Of a stretch of DNA of 64,000 bases, positions 29,161-39,305 are shown in pieces (within the stretch, counting starts at the first letter, position 1; the number at the start of each line of letters is the position of its first letter). The notes beneath the pieces are model-generated. The model was not told where the DNA came from. It searched no databases and saw nothing but the letters and a program-made list of their open reading frames with translations. Both the position numbers and the translations under genes were made by a program. Source of the stretch: a bacterium (lineage in GTDB: Bacteria > Margulisbacteria > Marinamargulisbacteria > JABGVJ01); the NCBI GenBank assembly GCA_018646105.1, contig JABGVJ010000099.1, positions 5,387 through 69,386 of the forward strand, written 5' to 3'.

Positions 29161-29930
29161 GCTTCTATTTTTAACTCCTCAAAAGATTTAATACATTCAC
29201 AATCTAATCCAGTAAAATCATCCAATTCTCCCAAACCAGTTAATACGCCAATATTATGTTTAACCCCACTATTTATCCCCATTTTAATATCTACTACGTG
29301 ATCCCCAAAAACAGCCGCCTTTGATATATCTACTTTGCTTTGTGCCAAAATTTTATGTGCTAAATCTGGATATGGTTTGGTGTTTTCCACTTGATCCGCA
29401 CCAATAATATATTGAAAATATCTCGATATATTTAAAGTGTCTAAGGCAACCTTAGCTCTTGAAGTTATATCCGTGGTAACAATTGCCATTTTGATATTAT
29501 GTTTAGAGCACTGCTTTATAAAATTTAAAACACTAGGTAAAAGCTTAAGATATGGGGCTAAGTTTTTAGCTGTTAAGTGATCAACTTCTTTAAATATATT
29601 TTCAACTTCTCCTTCTTTTTTACTCATGTCATACTTATTAATAACTTCAGTAACCACTTTTACTATGTAGGTACGGGGTTTTATGCCAACTGGCCCCTCT
29701 GGTTTCATACGGCCTGTTTTTAAGTCTATTCCCATTCCATCTACTAATTCATCTCTTATTTTTTGACATTGTGAGAAATTTGAAAACCATTTGTCAACAA
29801 TAATCGCTGCTCTTTTTTTAATCATAGATCCCCAATAATGGTGAATATCAATAATTGTGCCATCTTTATCAAACATAATAAGTTCTATATTGGAAGAAAT
29901 AATCTTATCTCTAATAAAAAGTTTAGCCAT
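29157..29930 (-). CDS. HAD-superfamily phosphatase
   Basis: 257 aa. Motif I MFDKDGTIID; motif IV FGDHVVDIKMG. Confidence 0.65.
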   Translation of the reverse strand: MAKLFIRDKIISSNIELIMFDKDGTIIDIHHYWGSMIKKRAAIIVDKWFSNFSQCQKIRDELVDGMGIDLKTGRMKPEGPVGIKPRTYIVKVVTEVINKYDMSKKEGEVENIFKEVDHLTAKNLAPYLKLLPSVLNFIKQCSKHNIKMAIVTTDITSRAKVALDTLNISRYFQYIIGADQVENTKPYPDLAHKILAQSKVDISKAAVFGDHVVDIKMGINSGVKHNIGVLTGLGELDDFTGLDCECIKSFEELKIEA

Positions 29931-29934
29931 TTTT

Positions 29935-30954
29935 TTATTCCTCTATGCTTTCGACAACAAGCTTTTTTGCAATACTAATGGCTGCAGATAAATTTTTAAA
30001 ATCCTTATAAAAATTATCGTTGCTAAGATATTCTCTGACAATTTTCCTGGCGTGTGTACCAATGGCGACTCCATTAAAATAAATATTACAAAGCTTTGCC
30101 ATTTTTGATGTATAACTGTTTGTGCCACCTGATAATAATATATTTAAATTCTGGAATTTAGAATCTTTCTCAATTAAGTTCTTCTGAATAACATCAGCAA
30201 TCGCAATTGCTTGCAAAGTAGTGTTATAATCATCGCTTCCCCCGCTCATAGGAACCCCATCTGCTTGAATAATAAGACGATCTCCGGCCATATTAGCTGC
30301 TTTCCTTATGCGATCAATAAGATGCGTATTTGATAGATGTTTCCGATCCAAACACATAGAAACAAAATGATTGGGCTGGATTTTATTAACTAAAGCCCAC
30401 TCTTTCATAATAGACTCATCCCCAAGCACGGCCGCATGAAGCTCAATATTTTCTGCGCCTGCTTTTAAGCATTCAGGTAAAATTTGTGCTAGTCCTTTTT
30501 CATTATGTTCATATGCTATGGCATTTACTGGGCATACTGATTCACAATGGCCACACCCAATACATAATTCCCTATTAATTACTAAGTTTGACGGTATTGC
30601 TTTTGTCGGACAAACCTCTATACATTGTTTACATTTAATGCATTTTGCAGAAATAATTTTAGCTTTCCTTACATGATGATCTCCTGGCATCCCCACACTA
30701 ACTGTAATGAAAGGACGAATTGCTATATTAATATTTAGTTCTTTAGCTAATTGATAAGCTATATCAATCCCTTTTACACACCCTTTTACTACTGCGGGGG
30801 TAGCAGACACATCAAGGCCATTAGCGCCCGCTAAAGTATAAATCACGGCTAGCTTACGAACCTCATCTACATTTTCATTCCCAGCCCCACATACTAACTT
30901 AAAATACTTCCCTTTTTGAAGTAATTCTTTCATTTCTTTGTATCGTTCATTCAT
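29935..30954 (-). CDS. Protein with two [4Fe-4S] ferredoxin-type clusters and flanking domains of unknown function
   Basis: Two CxxCxxCxxxCP motifs (CIKCKQCIEVCP, CIGCGHCESVCP); 339 aa. Confidence 0.5.
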   Translation of the reverse strand: MNERYKEMKELLQKGKYFKLVCGAGNENVDEVRKLAVIYTLAGANGLDVSATPAVVKGCVKGIDIAYQLAKELNINIAIRPFITVSVGMPGDHHVRKAKIISAKCIKCKQCIEVCPTKAIPSNLVINRELCIGCGHCESVCPVNAIAYEHNEKGLAQILPECLKAGAENIELHAAVLGDESIMKEWALVNKIQPNHFVSMCLDRKHLSNTHLIDRIRKAANMAGDRLIIQADGVPMSGGSDDYNTTLQAIAIADVIQKNLIEKDSKFQNLNILLSGGTNSYTSKMAKLCNIYFNGVAIGTHARKIVREYLSNDNFYKDFKNLSAAISIAKKLVVESIEE

Positions 30955-30984
30955 ATACTTACCTCCAAAAAATTTAAATTATAT

Positions 30985-32619
30985 TTATAATAAACTGTAA
31001 ACAGAACAAACTGGTATATTGTAATTTGTTGGTAAAATTGAAGCTATTTTTTTATCTTCTGTATATTTACTATTTAACAAAATATCCCAAAAATCCTGCA
31101 TTTCTTTGCCTTCTTCTCTATTATCTCCATCTTGAAAACCATCAAAACCAGCCACATAAATATTCTTAGGCTTAGATAAAAGAGCTATACCAACAGCAAA
31201 AATCCCAACCAAATATGAAGTTAAGATTACTTTTTCATTATTAATCTCAAAATTATTTGCCTCTAAGCTATAATTTAAGCTCTTTAAATTTTCTTTCTGA
31301 AAAAATTCAGGTGCTTTTTTTAATCCGGTTACAATTTCTTTGACCTTTACTAAAATATTTTTATCTTTTAATTCTGATAAACGAACTTTGTTTAAAACCG
31401 CAATTGTTCTTGGAATATCCTTTAAAACCTCTACATTATTACATTCTATAACTAAAGGCTGCTGTTTATTAATAAATGCTTTTAGGGCATTTTCATGCTC
31501 TTTAATCGAAGGCCCTTTGGCAACTATTAATACTGACTCAGCCCCCTGCGCTTTGTATTTGGGAATTACAAACGTATCGTTTTGTTCAACGGTTTCTTTT
31601 CTTAAAACTTTATTACTAACTTCAACAAGTTTTGAAGCGTTATACTTTTCTCTGTTTTCTTTAGGAATACCTCTTAAAATTTCATTAACCTGGGCCATTG
31701 TATATTGATGTGCTGATCTTAATTTTTGACAATATGTTGGATGAAGATTTTCCAGCCCACTTAACATATAACTTAAATTCCAACCCCATCTGTATTTATT
31801 ATTAAGGGGAATAAAGTGTTTTTCTATAACGTCTAATAAAGAAAAGGCATTAAAATTTTTCCTGTCATTATTAAAATACATTGCCAATATAATTTGCTCT
31901 AATTTAAGATTACCAGCCCCCCTCCCCATGCCAGTTACGGTAGCATCAATAAAACTGATGCCTTCTTCAATAGCGCTCAACGTATTAGCATATGCTAAAC
32001 CTTGACTATCATGTGCATGGAATCCAATTTCACCTTTAAAATAAGTGCTAAATAATTTTTTGTAATAAGCGATATTTTTTACTGAAAAATTACCAAATGA
32101 ATCAGCAAAGTACAAAACTTTAAAAGGCGCATCTTTGATTTTTTTTAAGCCATCAATAATTTGACTTTCATTTAATAACGACACTCCCATAAAATTAAAA
32201 ACAACCTGATATCCTAATTCGGAAAGTAAACATGCTAACTTATTGGCTCCCTCAATTGTTTCATAATACGAAGCAACACGGCACCAATGAAAAACAGAAT
32301 CTTTTTGTGATTTTACAATACTATATAGTGCTTCTTTATTGATTTGACCATCAGCCAGTAAAAACTCTTTAGCATCTAGCATAAAAGCATATTCCATATT
32401 AGGGTATCTTTTAAGAAATTGAAGTTGGCTTTCACTACAATATTTACATAATCCGTAAAACTGATTTGTATTAAGAGACTTATACCCCATTTCAACGATA
32501 TCAACGCCACTTTTACTGAGCGCGTCAATAAGTTTTTCTATCAAATTTAGATCAAAATTCCAATTATTATAATAACCACCGTCTCTTAAAGTGCAATCTA
32601 AAATAGTTGTTTTTTTCAT
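30985..32619 (-). CDS. DRE-TIM metallolyase (HMGL-like/4-hydroxy-2-oxovalerate-aldolase-like) fused to a C-terminal domain of about 280 aa, possibly MptE/DUF115-like
   Basis: N-terminal ILDCTLRDGGY and HAHD metal motif; C-terminal domain with GPS and VAGFDGF motifs; 544 aa. Confidence 0.55.
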   Translation of the reverse strand: MKKTTILDCTLRDGGYYNNWNFDLNLIEKLIDALSKSGVDIVEMGYKSLNTNQFYGLCKYCSESQLQFLKRYPNMEYAFMLDAKEFLLADGQINKEALYSIVKSQKDSVFHWCRVASYYETIEGANKLACLLSELGYQVVFNFMGVSLLNESQIIDGLKKIKDAPFKVLYFADSFGNFSVKNIAYYKKLFSTYFKGEIGFHAHDSQGLAYANTLSAIEEGISFIDATVTGMGRGAGNLKLEQIILAMYFNNDRKNFNAFSLLDVIEKHFIPLNNKYRWGWNLSYMLSGLENLHPTYCQKLRSAHQYTMAQVNEILRGIPKENREKYNASKLVEVSNKVLRKETVEQNDTFVIPKYKAQGAESVLIVAKGPSIKEHENALKAFINKQQPLVIECNNVEVLKDIPRTIAVLNKVRLSELKDKNILVKVKEIVTGLKKAPEFFQKENLKSLNYSLEANNFEINNEKVILTSYLVGIFAVGIALLSKPKNIYVAGFDGFQDGDNREEGKEMQDFWDILLNSKYTEDKKIASILPTNYNIPVCSVYSLL

Positions 32620-32717
32620 TTTTGTTCCTTTACTGTAAAGTATTATATCATTTTTTCAAATTTGAACGAACGTCTGTTATCATATTTTTTTTTAGTTTAG
32701 CTGTTTTCTGTATAGGA

Positions 32718-32745
32718 TTGACAGCTCTGCTATACGAATTATAAA
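32718..32745 (+). promoter_or_regulatory. Candidate sigma70 promoter (TTGACA, 16-nt spacer, TATAAA) driving the plus-strand island genes
   Basis: Sits in the divergent region between the minus-strand aldolase operon and the 32814 ORF. Confidence 0.35.
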
Positions 32746-32813
32746 ATGTCTTATGTTAAAATACTTAACAAAAAATAGATAATTTAGGTTTTTAGTAGGA
32801 GATATTTATTTTC

Positions 32814-34142
32814 GTGTTTTTATTAAATTTAAATTATTTATTAAGGAAATATAAGATGAAAAAATATAAAACACTTATATTTTTAATGAATTTTATTTTA
32901 GGAAGACCTCCTAAAATAGGGGAAATAAAATCAGTTTGTAATAGAATAAAAAAACAATATTTTTTACAACTTAATACAAAAGATATTTTTTTGGATAGAG
33001 TAAAATTATTTCTTCATATATTAATTTTTCCATTTAAGTTTTCTTTTAATTTAAATAAGTCTAAAGCAAAAATATTTATATATGATATAGAAAAAAAAGA
33101 TATAAGAAAAAGGTTTGTGCAATATTATCGACAAAAAGAAGGCCAAAATTTAGATTTAAAAGATATTGAAATTTTTCGAAGTAATGAATTTTATTATAAC
33201 GATATAAGCGTAAAAACAATATTTTTTTTAATTAAAATATGGGTAATATTTTTAGGATGTAGTTTTTTTTCTTTTTTCGATCGTACTAGCTGTTCATATT
33301 TATGGCTTTTATGTGTATTAAATAATATTGCTAATGCGATTTTTACCAATAAGGGCGTTTCTGAATTATATTTTTCTTATCTATATAATATACAATCATA
33401 TTTTTCTGTTTTACTAATTAGTAATATATTAGAAAATCAAATTTATTTAATTTCTGGGAATAGTATGCTTTATACAATTAATAGATATACTAGTGCAGAA
33501 AAATGCAATTTTATTTTATGTTCTAAATATCAGGAAGAAGAAGCTAATAATTTTATAAATTTGCATTGGATAAAAGTGAAGAGTATTAAATTGTGGGGGT
33601 TAGATGGGGCTTCATTTTATGAAGATTTAAAACCACAAAATTTTTTATATGATGTAGGTATTTATAGCAGTGTTTCTTGGGCCAGGGTAGATGGCGTTTG
33701 GCGAGCAAATGATATAAAGGCAATAAAAAATTATAAGTATATAAAAAATGAACGATATGCTAATTTTTTAAAAATTTTGGACGAAATTATAGAACTGAAA
33801 AAAAAAACAGGGATAAAAGTTAAGTTTTATTTGCATCCTTTTGAAAGATATTTATATAAAGTTCATAAAATAAAGCCTCCTTATTTTTCTATTTTAGTTA
33901 AAGAAGGTATAGCTGTTGATTTTAAAGATGATAATTCAATTAAAAAAATGTATGAGGCTAAAGTAGGAGTTACTTTATGTTCGACAATTATTTTTGATAG
34001 ATTACATTATGGTTTAGAGGGCTTTATTTATGCTGAATGGCCTCAACACAAAATGTTTAATCCTAAATTTATGGGGAAATATCAAGCTAATATTTTTTAT
34101 AATTTTGATGAGCTTCAAGCAAAAATAAAAAAAGCTTTATAA
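32814..34142 (+). CDS. Hypothetical protein; very AT-rich and Asn/Lys/Ile-rich. The probable start is the MKKYKT Met at 32856.
   Basis: ORF only. Contains an A10 tract at 33798-33807. Confidence 0.3.
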   Translation: MFLLNLNYLLRKYKMKKYKTLIFLMNFILGRPPKIGEIKSVCNRIKKQYFLQLNTKDIFLDRVKLFLHILIFPFKFSFNLNKSKAKIFIYDIEKKDIRKRFVQYYRQKEGQNLDLKDIEIFRSNEFYYNDISVKTIFFLIKIWVIFLGCSFFSFFDRTSCSYLWLLCVLNNIANAIFTNKGVSELYFSYLYNIQSYFSVLLISNILENQIYLISGNSMLYTINRYTSAEKCNFILCSKYQEEEANNFINLHWIKVKSIKLWGLDGASFYEDLKPQNFLYDVGIYSSVSWARVDGVWRANDIKAIKNYKYIKNERYANFLKILDEIIELKKKTGIKVKFYLHPFERYLYKVHKIKPPYFSILVKEGIAVDFKDDNSIKKMYEAKVGVTLCSTIIFDRLHYGLEGFIYAEWPQHKMFNPKFMGKYQANIFYNFDELQAKIKKAL

Positions 34143-34161
34143 AAAGAAATTATAAATAATT

Positions 34162-35649
34162 ATGACTAAATATATTCATTCAGGTAGCCATATAAAAACA
34201 CTTTTAAAAAATTCTTCTTGGTATTTTATATCCTCCATTTTATCAAAAGGCTTAGGCATAATTCTTATGCCAATTATGACGCGTTTGTTAACTACGACAG
34301 ATTATGGGCTTTTATCAAATTTAAATGCGATAATTGGTTTTGTTACTGTGTTCATTTCATTATATATTGACAGTGCTTTTAATCGATTTTATTTTGAGCA
34401 CAATGAAAGTCAAAAATCGCTTAAGGAATATATCAGTACATTTTTTTGGTTTGTAACTTTTTGGGGGGCATTTGTAACTTTTATTTTAATAATAGTTAGT
34501 AAATTTTACTTAGCTTCATTATATTCAATAAAATTTTTCCCTCTTCTTTTTGGAGCTTCAATCATTCCATTATTTATTCAGCTAGCCGCGTTTGGCTCAC
34601 ATTATTTAAGAAATAATCTTAAAATAAAATTAATTGTTATTCCTAATTTAGTTATATCTATACTAACAATTATCGTAAGTATCTTTTTGATTATTAAATT
34701 TGATTTAGGAGTTGTAGGTAGATTTTATGGTATTTTATTAGGTGTTTTCTTGTCGTTTATATATTTTACTTTTATTTTAATTCAAAAAAAGTTAATCATA
34801 TTTTATTTAGATAAAAAGTTAATCATAGCTGGGTTGAAATACTCTCTTCCTCTTGTTCCTTTAGCTCTTTCTTCTTGGATAACGCAATTAAGTGATCGTA
34901 TTATTCTTACTTATTATACAGATTTTTCAGAAACAGGTTTGTATGATGTTGCATATAAAGCCTCTTTAACTTTAAGAATATTTACAGAATCAATATTTCA
35001 GGTTTATTCTCCAATGATGATATCAATGTATACTCATGATAAAGAAGCGTTTAGAAGTAAGTTAAAGAAGTTTATTCCTCAGTTTAATTGGATAATGCTT
35101 TTTGCTGCTTTTTATTTGGCTATTTTATCAAAAGAAATAATTATAATATTGACAGGTAGTAAATTTCATAGCGCCTATACTTTGGTTCCTATTATTGTTT
35201 TTGCCTATTATATTAGTTCGCATCAAAAATATTTTGGGTCAATTTTTGGATTAAAGAAAAAGACATATTTAAGCACAGTTGGATATTTTTTGCAGGCGTT
35301 GATTAATTTAACATTAAATATTATTTTTATTCCAATTTTAGGAAAAGTTGCTGCCGCATGGTCTACTTTTTTTTCATTATTCTTTTTAACGATATGGAGT
35401 GGTTTTTGGTTTTTTAAATGGGAGAGTGTTAAAATAGAATGGAATAAGATTATCAAGACTTTTTTGATTTTGATCATAGTTTATATAGTATATTTAGGCA
35501 TTAATACTGTTTTTAAGTATACAGCAGTGCCAATGTTCTTTATTAAATTATTAATAACAGCTCCGGTTATTCTTTTCTTTACTTATAAATTTGAGATTAT
35601 TAACATCAAAGGAATCATGGGCATATTTAACAAAAAAGGATTTAAATAA
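34162..35649 (+). CDS. Wzx-type oligosaccharide flippase (MOP superfamily)
   Basis: 495 aa, 12-14 TM helices, polysaccharide-biosynthesis-protein pattern. Confidence 0.7.
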   Translation: MTKYIHSGSHIKTLLKNSSWYFISSILSKGLGIILMPIMTRLLTTTDYGLLSNLNAIIGFVTVFISLYIDSAFNRFYFEHNESQKSLKEYISTFFWFVTFWGAFVTFILIIVSKFYLASLYSIKFFPLLFGASIIPLFIQLAAFGSHYLRNNLKIKLIVIPNLVISILTIIVSIFLIIKFDLGVVGRFYGILLGVFLSFIYFTFILIQKKLIIFYLDKKLIIAGLKYSLPLVPLALSSWITQLSDRIILTYYTDFSETGLYDVAYKASLTLRIFTESIFQVYSPMMISMYTHDKEAFRSKLKKFIPQFNWIMLFAAFYLAILSKEIIIILTGSKFHSAYTLVPIIVFAYYISSHQKYFGSIFGLKKKTYLSTVGYFLQALINLTLNIIFIPILGKVAAAWSTFFSLFFLTIWSGFWFFKWESVKIEWNKIIKTFLILIIVYIVYLGINTVFKYTAVPMFFIKLLITAPVILFFTYKFEIINIKGIMGIFNKKGFK

Positions 35650-35658
35650 AAATTTCAT

Positions 35659-36804
35659 ATGAAAATTATTTTTACAGGAGATTTATCAGCAAGCGGGATT
35701 TTTTATTCAAAAATAAAAAATAGTGAAAATGTTTTTTCTCAAGAAATAACTTCTTTTTTTAATCAAGCTAATTTTGTTCATGTTAATTTAGAAAATCCGA
35801 TTACGAATCAGCCATTTAGAAAAGATAAAAGAGGAGCAGCTTTAAGAGCTCCTTTGGAAGTTGTTAATTTATTGCAAAAAAATAATATAAATATTTGTTT
35901 ATTAGCCAACAATCATATTGTTGATTGTGGAAAGGCAGGTTTATTAGACACAATTTCAATTTTAAATAAAAATAATATTTTATACTATGGAATTTCAAAT
36001 AAACCTAAATATATTATTCTTAAAAAAGAAAATATGAGAATAGCTTTAATATCTTCTGCTCATATAGAAGGTCCGATGGGAAATGAAAATAGATTAGGGC
36101 CCTATTTTTTAAATAATAGAAGAATTAAAAAAATAATAGAGGAAATTAAAAAAAATGAAAATGTAGATAGCATAATATATAATTATCATGGAGGAACAGA
36201 ATATAATATTATTCCAGAACCTCAGAGAAGAAGGTTTTTTAAAGAACTTATTAATTATGGAGTAGATATAGTTTTTGGGCATCACGCACATGTTCCTCAA
36301 GGAGTTGAAAGACATAAAAATGGTATTATATTTTATGGTTTAGGAAATTTGGTGTTTGATTTGAAATCACAAAAAGATAAAGCATATACGAATTTATCTT
36401 ATTTTATAGAATTGAATTTTAAAAAAAATAAGCCTGTAGAGTTTATGGAGCATTTTTATTATATTGATTATAAAATGGGTAGAATTATTTTGCTTCAAGA
36501 TGATTCTATTAAAAAACGTATAAAAAACAAAATACAGGTTTTTAAAGATGAGGAAGAATATAAACAAGCCTGGTTAGAAGAATCTTATAGAGTTTATTTA
36601 TTTAATAGAAAAATAGATTTTTTTTCATCTAATTTACCTAATAATGAAATAAACAAAAATAATAATAAACAAAAAAAAAGAAATATATTAAATAGAATTT
36701 TAAGTTTAATAAAAAGATTAAGCTTAGATAGTATAAAATCAAATAAAAGGCCTTTTGTTATTGGCGCTATAAAAAGGGGTTTAAAATATGGAGTTAGGAG
36801 GTGA
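35659..36804 (+). CDS. CapA/PGA_cap-family metallophosphatase-like protein
   Basis: N-terminal GDLS...HVNLENPIT and LANNHIVDCG motifs of the CapA family. Confidence 0.55.
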   Translation: MKIIFTGDLSASGIFYSKIKNSENVFSQEITSFFNQANFVHVNLENPITNQPFRKDKRGAALRAPLEVVNLLQKNNINICLLANNHIVDCGKAGLLDTISILNKNNILYYGISNKPKYIILKKENMRIALISSAHIEGPMGNENRLGPYFLNNRRIKKIIEEIKKNENVDSIIYNYHGGTEYNIIPEPQRRRFFKELINYGVDIVFGHHAHVPQGVERHKNGIIFYGLGNLVFDLKSQKDKAYTNLSYFIELNFKKNKPVEFMEHFYYIDYKMGRIILLQDDSIKKRIKNKIQVFKDEEEYKQAWLEESYRVYLFNRKIDFFSSNLPNNEINKNNNKQKKRNILNRILSLIKRLSLDSIKSNKRPFVIGAIKRGLKYGVRR

Positions 36805-36862
36805 ATAATAATTTGATTGTTTTTAGATTATTATGATTGAAATATTTAATTAAGGAGAGATT

Positions 36863-37579
36863 ATGAAAAGGTTTTTTTATAAAATTTTAGAGAAAATCGG
36901 CTTGTATTGTAACAATAAATGTTTGAAATATATTTATTTTAATAAGAAAAAATCAAATTATTTATATGAAAGAGTAATTGAATTTGCTTTTACATTGGAG
37001 AAATTAAGTGAAAATAAAATTCTTAATGTATTAGATGTAGGAACTGGCACCAATTCTTTTTCTTCCACGTTAGAACATTGTGGATTTAATGTTACTGCTA
37101 GTGATTTGATGGGTAGTTATTGGTCTTTTTTTCAAAATAGACATATATTTGTTTATAAAGATGATATTACGAAATCGAAGTTTGAATCAGAAAAATTTGA
37201 TGCAGTAACTTGTATTTCAACTTTAGAACATATTGAAGATTATAATGCGGCAATTAAACAGATGGTAAGAATTATTAAAAGTAAAGGGTTGTTAATTTTG
37301 ACTTTTCCGTACTCTTGTGATGAATTTTGTGAAAATGTTTATAAACTTAAAACAGCAGATAAAATGGCGCAAGGTTTTAGATATATTGCAAGGTCATTTT
37401 GTGATGATCAAATTGAAGAATGGTGTTCTAGATTTAATATAGAGATAGCTGATAAAAAATATATAAGAGGTTGGGACGGAAAGTTTTGGAGAAGTGGGAA
37501 AAGGATCGATTTTCCATATGAAGTTAAAGAAAAAGAAAAAGCCAATGCTATATGCCTAGTTTTTAAAAAAAGAATGTGA
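36863..37579 (+). CDS. Class I SAM-dependent methyltransferase
   Basis: LDVGTGTNSFS motif I; 238 aa. Confidence 0.6.
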   Translation: MKRFFYKILEKIGLYCNNKCLKYIYFNKKKSNYLYERVIEFAFTLEKLSENKILNVLDVGTGTNSFSSTLEHCGFNVTASDLMGSYWSFFQNRHIFVYKDDITKSKFESEKFDAVTCISTLEHIEDYNAAIKQMVRIIKSKGLLILTFPYSCDEFCENVYKLKTADKMAQGFRYIARSFCDDQIEEWCSRFNIEIADKKYIRGWDGKFWRSGKRIDFPYEVKEKEKANAICLVFKKRM

Positions 37580-37595
37580 AAATTGGAGTTAATAG

Positions 37596-39305
37596 GTGAA
37601 TAATAATTTGATCATTTCTGAACTAAAATCAGGATGGAAATCTTTTAAGAAAAAAAATATCTGTTTGCGATGGACCGGAAAGATAATTATAAATAATAAA
37701 TTTATGGATTCTCCAATAGAATTATATGATTTATTTGAAAAAATTAATTTTGACGATGATATAGCTATAAAAAAAATATTGGAAAGGCTTGATGGCTTTT
37801 TTACAATAATATATGAAACAGAAAATAATATAATAGCAATTAATGATCGTCTTCGTTCTTATCCAATTTATTTTTATCATAAAGCAAATCAATTATTTAT
37901 ATCAGATAACGCATATTTAATTAAAGAAAAATTCAATTTAAATATTCAAAATAATAATGGAAGTGTAGAATTTTTATTAAGCGGATACGTCACAGGAAAT
38001 GAAACTTTATATAAAGATTTATTACAATTATTACCAGGTCAATATTTGTCTTATGATAAAAAATTGCATAGATTTAAGATAAAGGAGTATTTTAAATATT
38101 ATCCAAATACTAATAATAATTTAGAACTAAGCTTAGAGAATAAAGTAAAAGAATATAAAGAATTAATATATAGTTCATTTGAAAGATTGAAAGATTATAT
38201 TATTAAAAATAAGTATCAGCCAATTATTCCGCTTAGTGGAGGAAGAGATTCTAGATTGATGGCTGTAATGTTAAAAGAAGTGGGGATAGAAAATTCTATA
38301 GCTTTTACTTATGGGACTAAAGAGCATAAAGAGGTTATTAAAAGTAAAGAAATAGCAGGGGAATTAGGGGTAGATTGGTTTTTTTGCTCTTATACAAAAG
38401 AAAAATGGCATAAAGAATATAATAATTCTATAGTAAAAAAATATTTTAATTATGCAGACGGGCTTTCTGTAAGACCACATGTCCTAGATTATATTGCAGT
38501 TAAAGAATTATTTTCAAAGAAAAAAGAAAAATTATTATTTTTGTCTGGACATAGTTTAGATTTTATAGCAGGTAGCCATATTCCTGCATCATTATTTATG
38601 TTAAACAAACCTTCAAAAAATAATTTATATGAAGCGATTTTAGCAAAACATTTTTCATTTCATTATATTTATAAAAAAGAACGAGCTATGCTTATCGAAA
38701 GAATAAGTTCTTCTCTAGATTTTTTGCCGCAAGCTACATTTGATGAAATTATTTCGGCTTTTGAATATTGGGATTGGCGCGAAAGGCAAGGAAAATTTAT
38801 TTTAAATGCACTTAATGTATATGATTTTTTTAATTTTGATTGGTATTTGCCTTTTTGGGAAAGGCAATGGATGAATTTTTTTATGCAATTACCTTGTGAA
38901 TGGCGTTATAAACAAAATTTTCAAAGATATGCTCTTCATAAATTATTTCCAAATTATTTTGAAAAAGAAGAATGGTTTTGTGAGAAAGAAACTAAAAAAG
39001 AAGAAATAAAGAGAAAATTTAAACGTAATCTCAAAAAAATTATTTTAAAAATACCATTGAGCTCATATTATTTCAGGAGAAATAATTATGCTGGTGTTGC
39101 TAGTAATTATGGGGTAGAAAGATATGGGGCATTTGATGTTAATGTTAACTCATTAGAAGAGTTTGCTAAAAAATATACTGCCGAAACAGATATAAGTAGA
39201 ATATTTTATTTTTTTACTTTGCACTATTTATTAAAAAACAATTTCAATTTAAATTTTTTAGATAGTAAATATAAGAAAATAATGGAATTAATAAATTATG
39301 AATAA
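37596..39305 (+). CDS. Asparagine-synthase-family (PP-loop ATP pyrophosphatase) amidotransferase lacking the N-terminal Cys nucleophile (WbpS/WbpG-like)
   Basis: PLSGGRDSRLMAV (SGGxDS PP-loop). The N-terminus is MNNN with no MCG. Confidence 0.6.
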   Translation: MNNNLIISELKSGWKSFKKKNICLRWTGKIIINNKFMDSPIELYDLFEKINFDDDIAIKKILERLDGFFTIIYETENNIIAINDRLRSYPIYFYHKANQLFISDNAYLIKEKFNLNIQNNNGSVEFLLSGYVTGNETLYKDLLQLLPGQYLSYDKKLHRFKIKEYFKYYPNTNNNLELSLENKVKEYKELIYSSFERLKDYIIKNKYQPIIPLSGGRDSRLMAVMLKEVGIENSIAFTYGTKEHKEVIKSKEIAGELGVDWFFCSYTKEKWHKEYNNSIVKKYFNYADGLSVRPHVLDYIAVKELFSKKKEKLLFLSGHSLDFIAGSHIPASLFMLNKPSKNNLYEAILAKHFSFHYIYKKERAMLIERISSSLDFLPQATFDEIISAFEYWDWRERQGKFILNALNVYDFFNFDWYLPFWERQWMNFFMQLPCEWRYKQNFQRYALHKLFPNYFEKEEWFCEKETKKEEIKRKFKRNLKKIILKIPLSSYYFRRNNYAGVASNYGVERYGAFDVNVNSLEEFAKKYTAETDISRIFYFFTLHYLLKNNFNLNFLDSKYKKIMELINYE

